Positions 44,608 through 54,393 of a stretch of DNA of 64,000 nucleotides are shown here, in pieces (the first letter of the stretch is position 1; the number at the start of each line of letters is the position of its first letter). The notes beneath the pieces are model-generated. The model saw only the letters and a program-made list of their open reading frames with translations. It did no database searches and was not told the origin of the DNA. The translations under genes and the position numbers were made by a program. The stretch comes from a virus. The DNA is taken from positions 26,579 through 90,578 of the IMG/VR virus record IMGVR_UViG_3300050505_000421. The stretch is one strand, 5' to 3'.

Positions 44608-45816
44608 GTGACACTGCAAGGACACGATCCAAAGAACCCGCGTGTTCGCTTCGGTTTGGAGGACGGATCTGCTCTGTCGGGGCTCGATCTCAACGGACGC
44701 TTGGTGTCCTTTGAGTATTCAGAGGAACTCGGCAAGGCGGACGAGAAGGTCACCTTAGTTTTCGAGAACAGTGACGGTTCGATGATGGCGTTGGAGCGCA
44801 TCGCGCTCGGCGTTGCGATGGACGTGTCTTGGGGTTATCCAACGCTGTGGTCTCCTGTGCGTCGAGTCATCATTCGGAAGATCAAAGGCGGTGTGCCGCG
44901 GTCCGGTGCGCGGAATGCGGGTGGTAACGCGACGGTGACGTACGAAGGACACGGCAAGCTGGTCGACATGAACCGTCTTGTCGCCACGGATGCCGTGCGC
45001 CTGTTCCGGAACACGACGATCTCTGCCGTCGTTGCTGAGATCGCGCGGCGCAACGGATTCTCGAACGGCACTACATTCGTAGAAGACACAGAGCAAGTCC
45101 ACGACACGATCGCGATGATGGTTGGTGAGTCGGAAGCTCAATTCCTTCACCGTTTGGCGCGTATGGAGAAGAACTTCCACTTCTCGATTTCGGACAAGGG
45201 CTTTCACTTCGGATCGGAACGCCTCGAAGATCCGTTGGAGACGATCACGTTCTTTCAGGGACCCGACGTGATCAGCTTCGAGGTCGAAGGCGATTTCACG
45301 CTGCCGAATCCGGATTCTCTCGTCGCTTCTCGCCCAACCGTTGGTGGTGCGATTGACAAAGCTTCTGGTAAAACGGGAGCAGGCTTGGTTTCGCGCGCCG
45401 GTCCGGCTACCGCCGAACGCACAAGGAACTTGGCGGCGTTCGATGAAGTACTCGGACCGCCTTCTCGAACAGCCGACAAGACAGCTATTCGTCGTCTCGA
45501 GAGCGCAGCGTTCAATACGTGGAAACTGAAGCTCACCGTCGTGGGGAACCCGCGCTTGTTCGTGCGTACCACATTGAACTTGGTCAATTTCGGACCATTG
45601 ATCGACGGTCTGTGGTTCATCAGGAAGGTACAGCACAAGATTGAGTCGGGGTATCAAACAACGATTTGGATCGGACGAAAGGGTCTGTCCAAATCGACCG
45701 GTGTGCCACTGGTCGGTGGTTATACCGCCGGTGGTCGCACGCCCGGTGGTGGCGTTCCGGTGGACGGGGGTGTCGTGTTCCGTGTCTCCCCGGATGCGCT
45801 ACGGAGACCGCGCTGA
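44608..45816 (+). CDS. baseplate hub (gpD/VgrG-like)
   Basis: F.NTTISAVV.EIARRNG, ESEAQFL.RLA, GNPRL...G.W.I.KV.H. Confidence 0.8.
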   Translation: MTLQGHDPKNPRVRFGLEDGSALSGLDLNGRLVSFEYSEELGKADEKVTLVFENSDGSMMALERIALGVAMDVSWGYPTLWSPVRRVIIRKIKGGVPRSGARNAGGNATVTYEGHGKLVDMNRLVATDAVRLFRNTTISAVVAEIARRNGFSNGTTFVEDTEQVHDTIAMMVGESEAQFLHRLARMEKNFHFSISDKGFHFGSERLEDPLETITFFQGPDVISFEVEGDFTLPNPDSLVASRPTVGGAIDKASGKTGAGLVSRAGPATAERTRNLAAFDEVLGPPSRTADKTAIRRLESAAFNTWKLKLTVVGNPRLFVRTTLNLVNFGPLIDGLWFIRKVQHKIESGYQTTIWIGRKGLSKSTGVPLVGGYTAGGRTPGGGVPVDGGVVFRVSPDALRRPR

Positions 45817-46433
45817 TGCCGGGCCGCCCCGATTCGCCGGATGTCGATCGGCACTATGGTTTTTACAAGGGTAAGGTCGTCAACGTGTCCGATCCGGAGA
45901 AGCGCGCTCGTATCAAGGCGACCATTCCGGGTCTCATCACGCCGGAGACTGCGTGGGCAGAGCCGATCGGTTTACCCGGGTCCGGTTCTATTGGACGTCC
46001 TGACCTACCGCACGGCCTCGTCTTTGTGCCACCTCTGCAAGCAGTTGTGGTGATCGGCTTCTATCAAGGTGACTTGGACAGCCCTTTCTACTTGGCGGGA
46101 CCGCCGCAGAAGACAGGAGACGCAAATCCTCTGCAAGACGTCGAGCCTCTGGACGCAGAAGATCAACCGAACGTGATGGTCACTGCAACAGCCAACTGGC
46201 AAGTCGTCTTGGACGATCGAGAAGACGCAACCCCACAGGTTTCGATCCTGCGTCGTGGAACAAATGACGGGCTCCGAATCACCATCTACGACAATGGGGA
46301 CAGCGTCACCGTTCTAAGTGGTGGCTCTTACCTGTTCCTTGAGTCGCGAGCCGCCATCACGATCAAGGCGCCCAACATCAACCTTGATGGGGCTGTCGTA
46401 CAGATTCGTGAAGGGGGCAAGCGAGTCCTGTAA
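45816..46433 (+). CDS. baseplate spike (gpV/gp5 OB-fold)
   Basis: GKVVNVSDPEKRARIKA..P...WAEP...F..GDLDSP. Confidence 0.85.
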   Translation: MPGRPDSPDVDRHYGFYKGKVVNVSDPEKRARIKATIPGLITPETAWAEPIGLPGSGSIGRPDLPHGLVFVPPLQAVVVIGFYQGDLDSPFYLAGPPQKTGDANPLQDVEPLDAEDQPNVMVTATANWQVVLDDREDATPQVSILRRGTNDGLRITIYDNGDSVTVLSGGSYLFLESRAAITIKAPNINLDGAVVQIREGGKRVL

Positions 46434-47149
46434 TGCCCAATATCCCGCGCCCACCGATTCCACCGGACGTCTGTCCGCCCGAACCGCCGGCGATCCCCGC
46501 GCTGGAGGTGACGTTTCCAGGCGGTGCTACGCTGCAGTCCTTCCCGACGCCGCGCGCCAGCATTGACCCGCTCCTCGTCGCGAAGACTCTGGTCGATCAG
46601 GCCGCGCCATTGTTGGGGTCCCTAGCACCATTCTTCAAGCTGCTCGATTTGGTCATGGGCTTGGTGAAGTTGGGACAGGCGATCCCAGACTCCATCACAC
46701 AACTCAGTCCTCAGCCGATCATCGAAGCGCTGGAGGAACTCGCGCCCAAGGTCGCCGCTGTCATAAAGCTCATCCCGCAACTGTCCATCCCGGTGATGAT
46801 CGTGAACTTGATCGATCTCATCATCGTGTTCCTGCAAGGATTGGTCGAGCAACTCGAGGCCTTCGCTGTTTCGCAGGCGCAGGGACAAGCCTTGCTCACT
46901 GATCCCAGCCCCGCCGCGCAGGCGATCGGTCAGTGCATCATCGATAGTACCAACACGAAGACTGCAAATCTCGTGGCAGGGCTTGGGCCCCTCGGGAAGA
47001 TCTTAGAAATCGTCAATCTTATGAGTAGTTTGGCCGGACTCCCGGGGCTGCCTGCAATCGGGGACTTCACGACACCAGCGGAGGGTGTCGAACTACTCAG
47101 TGCTTTTGTTGAAACGATCGCGGATATACGCGACTCCATTCCGATCTAG
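46433..47149 (+). CDS. hypothetical helical baseplate-region protein
   Basis: TAATG overlap, long ORF. Confidence 0.7.
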   Translation: MPNIPRPPIPPDVCPPEPPAIPALEVTFPGGATLQSFPTPRASIDPLLVAKTLVDQAAPLLGSLAPFFKLLDLVMGLVKLGQAIPDSITQLSPQPIIEALEELAPKVAAVIKLIPQLSIPVMIVNLIDLIIVFLQGLVEQLEAFAVSQAQGQALLTDPSPAAQAIGQCIIDSTNTKTANLVAGLGPLGKILEIVNLMSSLAGLPGLPAIGDFTTPAEGVELLSAFVETIADIRDSIPI

Positions 47150-47173
47150 CGCAGGATGCTGTAAGCTTCAGGG

Positions 47174-47190
47174 CAAGCACAAGGAAGAAG
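47174..47190 (-). repeat. 17-bp element B (exact)
   Basis: Directly abuts ATG 47191. Confidence 0.95.
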
Positions 47191-47610
47191 ATGCCGGGTC
47201 TACCGATTGAAGGAAAGCAGAGCTTCTTGGGCTACGGCCTGGTTCTTCCGTTCGCCCGAACGGGTGGCGCGGACTTTCGCGCCGCGGGTGGGGCTACGCT
47301 CGTTTCCTCGTGCGTGAGTCAGATCGTTGGAACGGTTCAAGGAGAGTTGCGCTGGCGCCCTTCTTTCGGCTTGGACGCGGAGAAACTTCGGCACAAGAAC
47401 ATGAACGAAGGGCTCGAGGAACTCGGACGGCAGAAGGTCGCGGACGCGGTGAGCACTTGGGAGCCGCGTGTCGCAATCATCGATGCCGAAGTGCTTCGAG
47501 AGCAAACAGAGCGGACGCTGCGCATCCGAATCGTGTGGACGATCGAGGCCCGGAACAACCCGCGCAACCGCGTGCTCATTGATCCGATCACGCAGGAGGT
47601 GCCGATCTAA
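47191..47610 (+). CDS. baseplate wedge gp25/gpW-like
   Basis: GELRWRPSFG...WEPRV. Confidence 0.85.
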   Translation: MPGLPIEGKQSFLGYGLVLPFARTGGADFRAAGGATLVSSCVSQIVGTVQGELRWRPSFGLDAEKLRHKNMNEGLEELGRQKVADAVSTWEPRVAIIDAEVLREQTERTLRIRIVWTIEARNNPRNRVLIDPITQEVPI

Positions 47611-49154
47611 TGAGCATCCTTCCTCGGCCAGAGTTCGACTACACGTCCCGGGATTTCGACGCCATCCGGTTTCGGCTCCAGGGTCTGATTCGTTCTGTCT
47701 TCCCGGACTGGACGGATTTTAATGTTTCAAACTTCGGGAATCTCTTGCTCGAACTGGACGCGTACGCTGGAGACACGAAGCACTTCTACATCGATGGAGC
47801 CGCGCGGCAGGCGTTTTGGCCTACCGTAGACCAGCGTGTTTCTGCGATTCGACTGGGGCGGCAGACCGGTTTCGCGCTGCCCGGTGCCACGGCAGCGACA
47901 GTCGACCTGACTTTCTCGCTGCCGTCTGCTGCGGCCGTTGCTGTACCGATCCTTCAGGGCACGCGCTGCAAGACGAAGGATCCGGCCAATCCGATCTCCT
48001 TCCAGACGCTCGCGGCGGACGTCATCGCAATCGGACAGACCTCGATCACGATTCCAGCAGAGCAATCCATTCCCGCGCAGGAGCTCTTCAATTCTTCCGG
48101 TGCGCCGAACCAAGAGTTCACGCTCTCCCAGACGCCGTTCCTTGATGATAGTGCCGTGGTCACGGCGGTGAACGGCGACTACACCGAAGTGGACAGTTTC
48201 CTCGGTGCGGGTCCTACTTCGCGTGTGTTTGTCGTCTTGGTCGATCAGTTCGACCAAGCGCGCCTCCGTTTTGGAACTGGGACCAACGGGGCTATCCCGC
48301 AGGGCGCGGTCGTAGTGGACTACAAGACCGGGGGTGGGTCGAACGGGAATGTGGACATCGATCAGATTCAGGTCTTGGATACAACCATCATCGACTCGAA
48401 TGGAGACGTCGCACCGATCTCTGTGACGAACCTCGTGAAGGCTTCGGGCGGTGGACCGCGCATGACCGTGAAGGCTGCTCGTGTAGCGGCGCCGGCGGCT
48501 CGTCGCGTTCTGACACGCTGTGTCACGAAGGATGACTTCGAGACCAAGGCGCAAGAGGTGCCCGGCGTGGCTCGCGCCTTGATGGCGACATCGAACGAGA
48601 GCCCGGCCGTCCAGGAGAACACAGGGCTGCTCTACATCATCGCCAAGGGAGCTTCCTTGCCCTCGGGCCGCATCCTCGGCGCTACGCCCTCCCAGGCACT
48701 CCTGGACGAGGTTCTAGAGCAGGTGACGGTGAACTTCCCTCAGACGTTGACCTTTCTTGTCACGCCGATGGTTGCGACGTACACAACTATCAACGTGTCT
48801 ACGCGTGTTTACCTGGCGACAGGATCCTCGCCGGCGGTCGTTGGACCGCTGATCGCGTCTAACCTGCGGGATTTCTTCGCAGTATTGGACGAGGACGGGC
48901 TCCTGAATACCACGGTGGACTTCGGCGCAAACCTGAAGGATACCGAGGGTGTAGTCATCGCGGAACTCGCCTGGTCGGACATCTTCAACGTCATCAGGGA
49001 CACGGCGGGCGTGCGCAAGGTGGACGAGGGGCCGGTCGGCCTTCTGCTCAACAGCCTGCGTCAGTCCGTGGTGATTGGGGCGCTCAACTTCCCGCAGCTG
49101 GGAACAATCTCCATTACGAATGCGGCCACCGGGCTGCCGATGCCAACGGCGTAA
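47610..49154 (+). CDS. baseplate J/gp6-like wedge protein
   Basis: DYTSRDFDAI...WTD...G..LLE, RCVTKDDFE...VPGVARA. Confidence 0.9.
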   Translation: MSILPRPEFDYTSRDFDAIRFRLQGLIRSVFPDWTDFNVSNFGNLLLELDAYAGDTKHFYIDGAARQAFWPTVDQRVSAIRLGRQTGFALPGATAATVDLTFSLPSAAAVAVPILQGTRCKTKDPANPISFQTLAADVIAIGQTSITIPAEQSIPAQELFNSSGAPNQEFTLSQTPFLDDSAVVTAVNGDYTEVDSFLGAGPTSRVFVVLVDQFDQARLRFGTGTNGAIPQGAVVVDYKTGGGSNGNVDIDQIQVLDTTIIDSNGDVAPISVTNLVKASGGGPRMTVKAARVAAPAARRVLTRCVTKDDFETKAQEVPGVARALMATSNESPAVQENTGLLYIIAKGASLPSGRILGATPSQALLDEVLEQVTVNFPQTLTFLVTPMVATYTTINVSTRVYLATGSSPAVVGPLIASNLRDFFAVLDEDGLLNTTVDFGANLKDTEGVVIAELAWSDIFNVIRDTAGVRKVDEGPVGLLLNSLRQSVVIGALNFPQLGTISITNAATGLPMPTA

Positions 49155-49157
49155 GAC

Positions 49158-50111
49158 ATGGCCGAACCAATTGTAAACGCTTCCTTCGAACTGACCGGCG
49201 ACGACGAGGTCCTGCCGACAGGTTGGACTATCGTCATCGTCAACACGTTCGAGGAAGTCGCCATCTTCGGGAATCGGCACGTTGGCTACGACGACTTCGA
49301 GCGGCAGTGGAAGGCACCGAAGACGCCGGCGACGCCGCCGTTCAACGACGCCAGTTTGTTCGAGCTCGAGGCTCCGAACGTTGCCCTCGCGTTGTTCGGC
49401 GGTCTCAAAGAGTTCGACGACTTCGAAGATGGCTGGGACAACGACGCGGGGTTGCTCGACGACTTCAACGCGATCTCGAGTTCGACGGCGGCGTTCGACA
49501 CAGCGCCCGAGAACTTCGAGGACTTCGAAGAGGATTGGAAGGACCCGGCGGCGGGTGGTGCTCCGTTCAACGAGGCAAGCCTGTTCTCCTGGGATGACGT
49601 GACCGAGAGCGCTGCGCTGTTCAACAGTGGGGTTGATGCATTCGAAGCTTTTGAAGAGGGCTGGCGTTCGAACGAGAACTCGCTGTTCACGTTCGCGCCG
49701 ACGGACATCGAGACGACTGGTTGGGGTGCGGCGGTGGCCCTTGCAACCTTCAACATGAACCAGGATCCGGAGGATCGCTTCACCGATGGCGCGGCCTATA
49801 CCCCGCCGGCCTTTGCAAAGGTCGTGGCGATCGACATCACGGTTACCACTGGCGTGTTGGCCGACGCGTGGGACGTGACGTACACGAACGGGGCGGGCAC
49901 CGCGGGGCAGGTTGGAAGTGTCGCCATTCCAGCCACCGCGGTCGTCGGGCGCCGTTTCATTCTGGAATTGGATGTAGCGGGTGAGGGCGTGCGTGATATA
50001 ACGGACGCGGTTTCAACAGGACCTATCGCGCAGCAACTCGGAACGGCTACACTGAACGGATTCTTGAAGGACACAGAGGACTTCGAGGACGCCTGGACGT
50101 CCATGCTGTAA
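49158..50111 (+). CDS. acidic repeat-containing structural protein
   Basis: Five xxFExxW motifs and recurring FNxxSLF. Confidence 0.75.
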   Translation: MAEPIVNASFELTGDDEVLPTGWTIVIVNTFEEVAIFGNRHVGYDDFERQWKAPKTPATPPFNDASLFELEAPNVALALFGGLKEFDDFEDGWDNDAGLLDDFNAISSSTAAFDTAPENFEDFEEDWKDPAAGGAPFNEASLFSWDDVTESAALFNSGVDAFEAFEEGWRSNENSLFTFAPTDIETTGWGAAVALATFNMNQDPEDRFTDGAAYTPPAFAKVVAIDITVTTGVLADAWDVTYTNGAGTAGQVGSVAIPATAVVGRRFILELDVAGEGVRDITDAVSTGPIAQQLGTATLNGFLKDTEDFEDAWTSML

Positions 50112-50126
50112 GACAAGGAGTGCAAG

Positions 50127-50825
50127 ATGGCGGAGATCGACTGGGCAGTGATGGACGACGTTGTTTCGTCGTCCTCGATTCTGAGCGGTGTGACTGCGGG
50201 TGCGACCACACCACCGAACGGGGGTGGAACGTTCTTCTTCGGTTTCAACTCGCTGGTCGCGGACTTGGGCGTCGCGGGGCGCTACGTCGATCTCACGAAC
50301 TTCAACCCGTACGTGAAGGGGATCTCCGTCCGTGCGGCGTTGAAGCGTGGCGTGAGTGCCGGCGTGACTGGGTTCGCTCCAATGCTGTGGGCGGGGATCC
50401 AGTCGAACCCGCCGAGCGTGAACGATCCGGGCTACCTGCTGTTCCTTTCGGACGACGAGCCGCACTCCATCGTATTGAAGAAGGGCGCCCCTTCCGGTGC
50501 GATGGAAGCCGTGGGCTCCGGTGTTCTAGCCGTGTCGTCCGCCACCTACTTGGCGGACACGTGGCTCCACCTCCGGATGGACGTGATCGCCAACCCGAAC
50601 GGAGACGTGGTGATCAATGTCTTTCAATCGGATCTGAACCTGCACGCGGTGACCACACCCACTTGGGACGCCATTCCTGGCATGGCGCAGGTGATCGACG
50701 ACTCCCTGCGTGTGCTTACAGGGTCTGACCCGTTGACCGGCGGCTTCGCAGGCTTTGCCTTTCAATCCGCCGCACTCAACCGACGTAGCTACGTGGACCA
50801 TTTTGCCGTACAACGCCAAATTTGA
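50127..50825 (+). CDS. structural protein (beta-sandwich-like)
   Basis: ACAAGGAG RBS; baseplate region. Confidence 0.7.
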   Translation: MAEIDWAVMDDVVSSSSILSGVTAGATTPPNGGGTFFFGFNSLVADLGVAGRYVDLTNFNPYVKGISVRAALKRGVSAGVTGFAPMLWAGIQSNPPSVNDPGYLLFLSDDEPHSIVLKKGAPSGAMEAVGSGVLAVSSATYLADTWLHLRMDVIANPNGDVVINVFQSDLNLHAVTTPTWDAIPGMAQVIDDSLRVLTGSDPLTGGFAGFAFQSAALNRRSYVDHFAVQRQI

Positions 50826-50828
50826 TGA

Positions 50829-50845
50829 CTTCTTCCTTGTGCTTG
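50829..50845 (+). repeat. 17-bp element A (exact)
   Basis: 3 nt after stop 50825. Confidence 0.95.
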
Positions 50846-50858
50846 ACGGAGGTTGCGC

Positions 50859-50957
50859 GTGGACATTGATGTAGACGAGCTCGACATCGATCTTGGAGAG
50901 GCCCTGCTCGCGGATCTAGAAGTGGATGCGTACGAGTTGGTCTTCGTCGACAGCTAG
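50859..50957 (+). CDS. 32-aa acidic micropeptide
   Basis: GGAGG RBS, MDIDVDELDIDLGEALLADLEVDAYELVFVDS*; fills gap exactly; below ORF-track cutoff. Confidence 0.55.
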   Translation: MDIDVDELDIDLGEALLADLEVDAYELVFVDS

Positions 50958-50965
50958 GAGGCGGC

Positions 50966-51919
50966 ATGGCTTTTCATCACAACCCGAACGTTTCCATCTC
51001 CGGTGCTTCCGATCTCGAGCGCTCGCGCCTGTTCTTGTTCACGCTGAAGACGCTGCTCAAGGCGCACGGCTGGGTGGCGAAGGGCTCGGGAACTGGGAAC
51101 ACCGGCGCATTCGACAACAGCGGTGTCGATCTCTGGGTGACGGCCGCGTCCGTAGTTGGGCAGGGCGCGTGGATTCGCCTGCGGCACTCGATCACCGGTA
51201 CCGAGGCGATTCTCGCGATGCGGAACACAGCGGGCACGGAAGAGGACCTCGGCTTCTTGTGGAGTCGGCAAGCGGGTTTCGGCGGTGGAGCACCTTCCGC
51301 GACGGTCCCGCCCACAGCGACCGACCAAGTGCTGGTAGCTGATCGCGCCGTTTCGGACTGCACGATTCCGACAGCGAACTTCAAGGCGCAATTCATCTGT
51401 GACGATGCGTCGCCGTCATTCATTGCGTACGCGTCGACGGCGGGCCCTGTATTTCGACTGCTGTGCATGTTCGACTGGGCACGGAATGCCGTGGCGGGAG
51501 ACACCTCCCCAGGGGCCGCTTGGTGGATCAGTGGGAGCCCCCTTGAACTCGGTGTGAAACTTGTCGACGGTGCATTTGGTGGAGGGTATGATTCCGACGA
51601 TCTCAGTATCCTTGAACCTTCGGCTGGTAATGGCATGTCCATAACAACCTTCGTTGTTGGTACGCAGGATTTCTTCCAGAACGCACCCACAACGAATCCT
51701 CGAGATGGCAATGCGACCTATGTATCGCCCTTGATCTGCGTCGCACAAGGGGCCCTTGTTGTGGGTCCGCACGTGAAAGGAACAAGTCGGCTCTTGAAGA
51801 TGGTATCTTCTTCGCATGCACTCAACGCCGTACTCAGCAGCAAGCGGTACTGGGTAATAGGAAATACGGACACCAAGTTCTTAGTGCCTGGTGATGGCAC
51901 GAGTACACCGACGGTCTAA
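50966..51919 (+). CDS. structural protein
   Basis: AGGAGG RBS; LKTLLKAHGW..GS pattern seen in virion proteins. Confidence 0.7.
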   Translation: MAFHHNPNVSISGASDLERSRLFLFTLKTLLKAHGWVAKGSGTGNTGAFDNSGVDLWVTAASVVGQGAWIRLRHSITGTEAILAMRNTAGTEEDLGFLWSRQAGFGGGAPSATVPPTATDQVLVADRAVSDCTIPTANFKAQFICDDASPSFIAYASTAGPVFRLLCMFDWARNAVAGDTSPGAAWWISGSPLELGVKLVDGAFGGGYDSDDLSILEPSAGNGMSITTFVVGTQDFFQNAPTTNPRDGNATYVSPLICVAQGALVVGPHVKGTSRLLKMVSSSHALNAVLSSKRYWVIGNTDTKFLVPGDGTSTPTV

Positions 51920-51921
51920 GT

Positions 51922-52665
51922 ATGGCGTCCGCCGAAGGATACGTCTGGGGACCGCTCACCCCGCAAACGCAGGGTAGTCCTTGGACCTACGACCTTGGTG
52001 TTTCACAGGGACGGATCCGTCCGCAGAACTGGACGCCTGTAGACGGTGAGTTCGTGTTCTGTGCGGGCAGTGACTTGGTTCCACCGCCCGTATTTCAACT
52101 GAACTTTGGGGATCAGATCACGCTGGAGCAGAGCATCGATCTCACAGGTCTCGACCTGATCGGTGCGCGTTTGCATATTCGGCAACCGGCCAGTCTACCC
52201 GTGCAACTAGAGCTCCAAGGTGATCCGGAAGACGCACAACTATACAGCTTGGCTTCCACAGAACTGTCTGAGTTTGTCGGTGTGTCTGGCAACGTTGGGA
52301 GTCTGCTTCTCGTGCCAAGCGGCAACCTGACCGACGCAGATCTTGGCGGGACCGTGGAAATCAGTGGTTCCGCCGAACCACCCAACGACGGGCAGGCGAC
52401 GATTTTGGGTGTTCTGTCGCCCTCGTTGGTGGCCTTGGACAAGATCCTACTCGACGAGGGGCCGACTGGTGGTCAACGCGTGACGTTGCTCGGAGGCCGT
52501 TTTCGCACCGCTATCTACCTTGACGACGTGCTGATACAGCAGACCGTAGAATTCCTGGGGCGTGAACGCGATCGGAAGGACTTCAAGCTCCACGTCTCAA
52601 AGCTCGGTGGCATGCACGTGGTTCGCTTTGCCTTCGAGCTTATCGACGAGCGGCAGGTGCCCTGA
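51922..52665 (+). CDS. structural protein
   Basis: Long ORF in baseplate/fibre module. Confidence 0.7.
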   Translation: MASAEGYVWGPLTPQTQGSPWTYDLGVSQGRIRPQNWTPVDGEFVFCAGSDLVPPPVFQLNFGDQITLEQSIDLTGLDLIGARLHIRQPASLPVQLELQGDPEDAQLYSLASTELSEFVGVSGNVGSLLLVPSGNLTDADLGGTVEISGSAEPPNDGQATILGVLSPSLVALDKILLDEGPTGGQRVTLLGGRFRTAIYLDDVLIQQTVEFLGRERDRKDFKLHVSKLGGMHVVRFAFELIDERQVP

Positions 52666-54341
52666 TGTACGTCCCGCTTGGAGCCCTGTACGTCGATCTC
52701 GTCTCGCAGGAGACCAGTTCGACGTTTGCAGGGCTCATCAACCGGGACCCAGAGCCTGATTCGCCATTCGTAGGCGAACGCGGCGCTCCTCGAGACACGC
52801 CGATTCGACTCACGATCGTCGCGTTCGGCGACGGCGAGATCGCCAATTCGCAGGTGTACGCCTCCGTGAACGGTGGGGCTGAGGTTCTTGTCTTTGATCA
52901 GTTCGCGTTGGTTCCGTTCGACGCAGCGTACAGTAGTTCTGAGTTCACACTCAGCTTCTCGCCCGGTTCCTCCGTCGTGGACGAGCACATCTTCAAGCTT
53001 GTCCGCGCCACGCAGTTCAATTCGCAAGACGTCGTCACGGTTCGTGTTGTAGCAGAACTCGTCTCGAGCGATGTGCTCAACACAAGCTACTCCTTCACGA
53101 TCGAGGACCTCACCGCTCCGGTCATCGATGACGTGCGAACGCGCGGCCTGCGCAACGTTCGTGTGCTCTACAACGAGGTTGTGGAGCAGGCTACAGGAAC
53201 ACGCGGCGACGCGCGGCTTCTGCGCCTTCTGACCAATGGAGTGGAGTTCGTCGGCCCGGACCGCCTGCGGACTCCGAACGGGAACTTCACCAGCGCGGAC
53301 CTTGGGCAGTACATCGGATCGGCTCGTTGTGCGAACGCGTTGAACAACGGTTACTTCGAAATCATCACGGTCATCGATTCCCAGAACGTACAACTCGATC
53401 GCCTGATCGAACCGGAGTTCGCCCCCGTCGATTCGATCATCACGCTGTCGCCGTACCGCTTTGTTTACACGGCGCCGACTACAGAGGTTCTGCCCGGTTT
53501 CACACCGATCGTGGTCGAAGCCAACGCGGTGCCCGCAGACGATCTTGCGCCCGGTACGGATCTCGCGCGCTACGTGGACTTGGTGCTGCAAGACGACCTC
53601 AGCCCTGGCCGCACGTACGTCCTTCAGGCGGCTGTCATCAACGATGTGCTTGGTAACACCGGCCTAGATTTGGAGCGGGCCTTCACGGCGGAAACACTGC
53701 CCACTGCACGGCGTCGTCGGTTCGAGTTGTGGGATCTGATCCCACAGAAGAACAAGAACGAGGATGCGACGGCAGAACTCGAGAAGTACATCAAGTGCCT
53801 CGATGAGGTGTACCAACTACAGCGCGCGGAAACAGACGGACTGCTTACGCTGACGGACATCGATCTGATTCCGGCCCCGCTGCTCGACATCTTGTTGGAA
53901 CACTTGGGGAATCCATTCCAGTTCGAGCTCACGGATCTCGAGAAGCGCCGCCTTGCCGACGTGCTGGAGAAGATGTATCAGGCGAAGGGAACAGAGAAGG
54001 GTATGGAAGACGCCCTTCTCTTCTTCCTCGGTATTCCGATGGACGTCCAGCCATTCAACGCAGTGGGCGGCTTCTGGATCTTGGGCGAGTCTTTCCTCGG
54101 GGAAGACACCGTCCTCGCCCCCGGCACTTCGTTCCTGCGCTTCTCGTTCCAGATCGTGTCGCCGGTGGCGTTAACGGATGAGCAGCGCTTCATCGTGGGG
54201 CAGGTGGCCACGTACCTCAAACCTGCGCATGTACATTTCGTTGCCCTGCTGGAACCGAGTGGCGGAGCGCCGCCATCGCCGTTGACTTTCTGGGAGCTCG
54301 GCTCCTCCGCACTGGGTGAGTCCACAGTGCTCGGTAGTTGA
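52665..54341 (+). CDS. baseplate wedge/tail protein I-like with Ig-like N-terminal domains
   Basis: DLIPAPLLDIL.EHLG...KGTEKG..DAL; KPAHVH. Confidence 0.8.
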   Translation: MYVPLGALYVDLVSQETSSTFAGLINRDPEPDSPFVGERGAPRDTPIRLTIVAFGDGEIANSQVYASVNGGAEVLVFDQFALVPFDAAYSSSEFTLSFSPGSSVVDEHIFKLVRATQFNSQDVVTVRVVAELVSSDVLNTSYSFTIEDLTAPVIDDVRTRGLRNVRVLYNEVVEQATGTRGDARLLRLLTNGVEFVGPDRLRTPNGNFTSADLGQYIGSARCANALNNGYFEIITVIDSQNVQLDRLIEPEFAPVDSIITLSPYRFVYTAPTTEVLPGFTPIVVEANAVPADDLAPGTDLARYVDLVLQDDLSPGRTYVLQAAVINDVLGNTGLDLERAFTAETLPTARRRRFELWDLIPQKNKNEDATAELEKYIKCLDEVYQLQRAETDGLLTLTDIDLIPAPLLDILLEHLGNPFQFELTDLEKRRLADVLEKMYQAKGTEKGMEDALLFFLGIPMDVQPFNAVGGFWILGESFLGEDTVLAPGTSFLRFSFQIVSPVALTDEQRFIVGQVATYLKPAHVHFVALLEPSGGAPPSPLTFWELGSSALGESTVLGS

Positions 54342-54343
54342 TC

Positions 54344-54372
54344 TTGTTCTAGCGTCGTTGAACCGGTAGGAT
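54344..54372 (+). promoter_or_regulatory. putative promoter for tail fibre gene
   Basis: TTGTTC-N17-TAGGAT in intergenic gap. Confidence 0.35.
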
Positions 54373-54393
54373 GACAACGCAAGAGGGTGCTAA

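Noticed and set aside
45414-45430. CGCACAAGGAAC partial B match; similar partial at about 2922-2939
   Set aside because: Only the core matches, inside coding sequence; compatible with chance.
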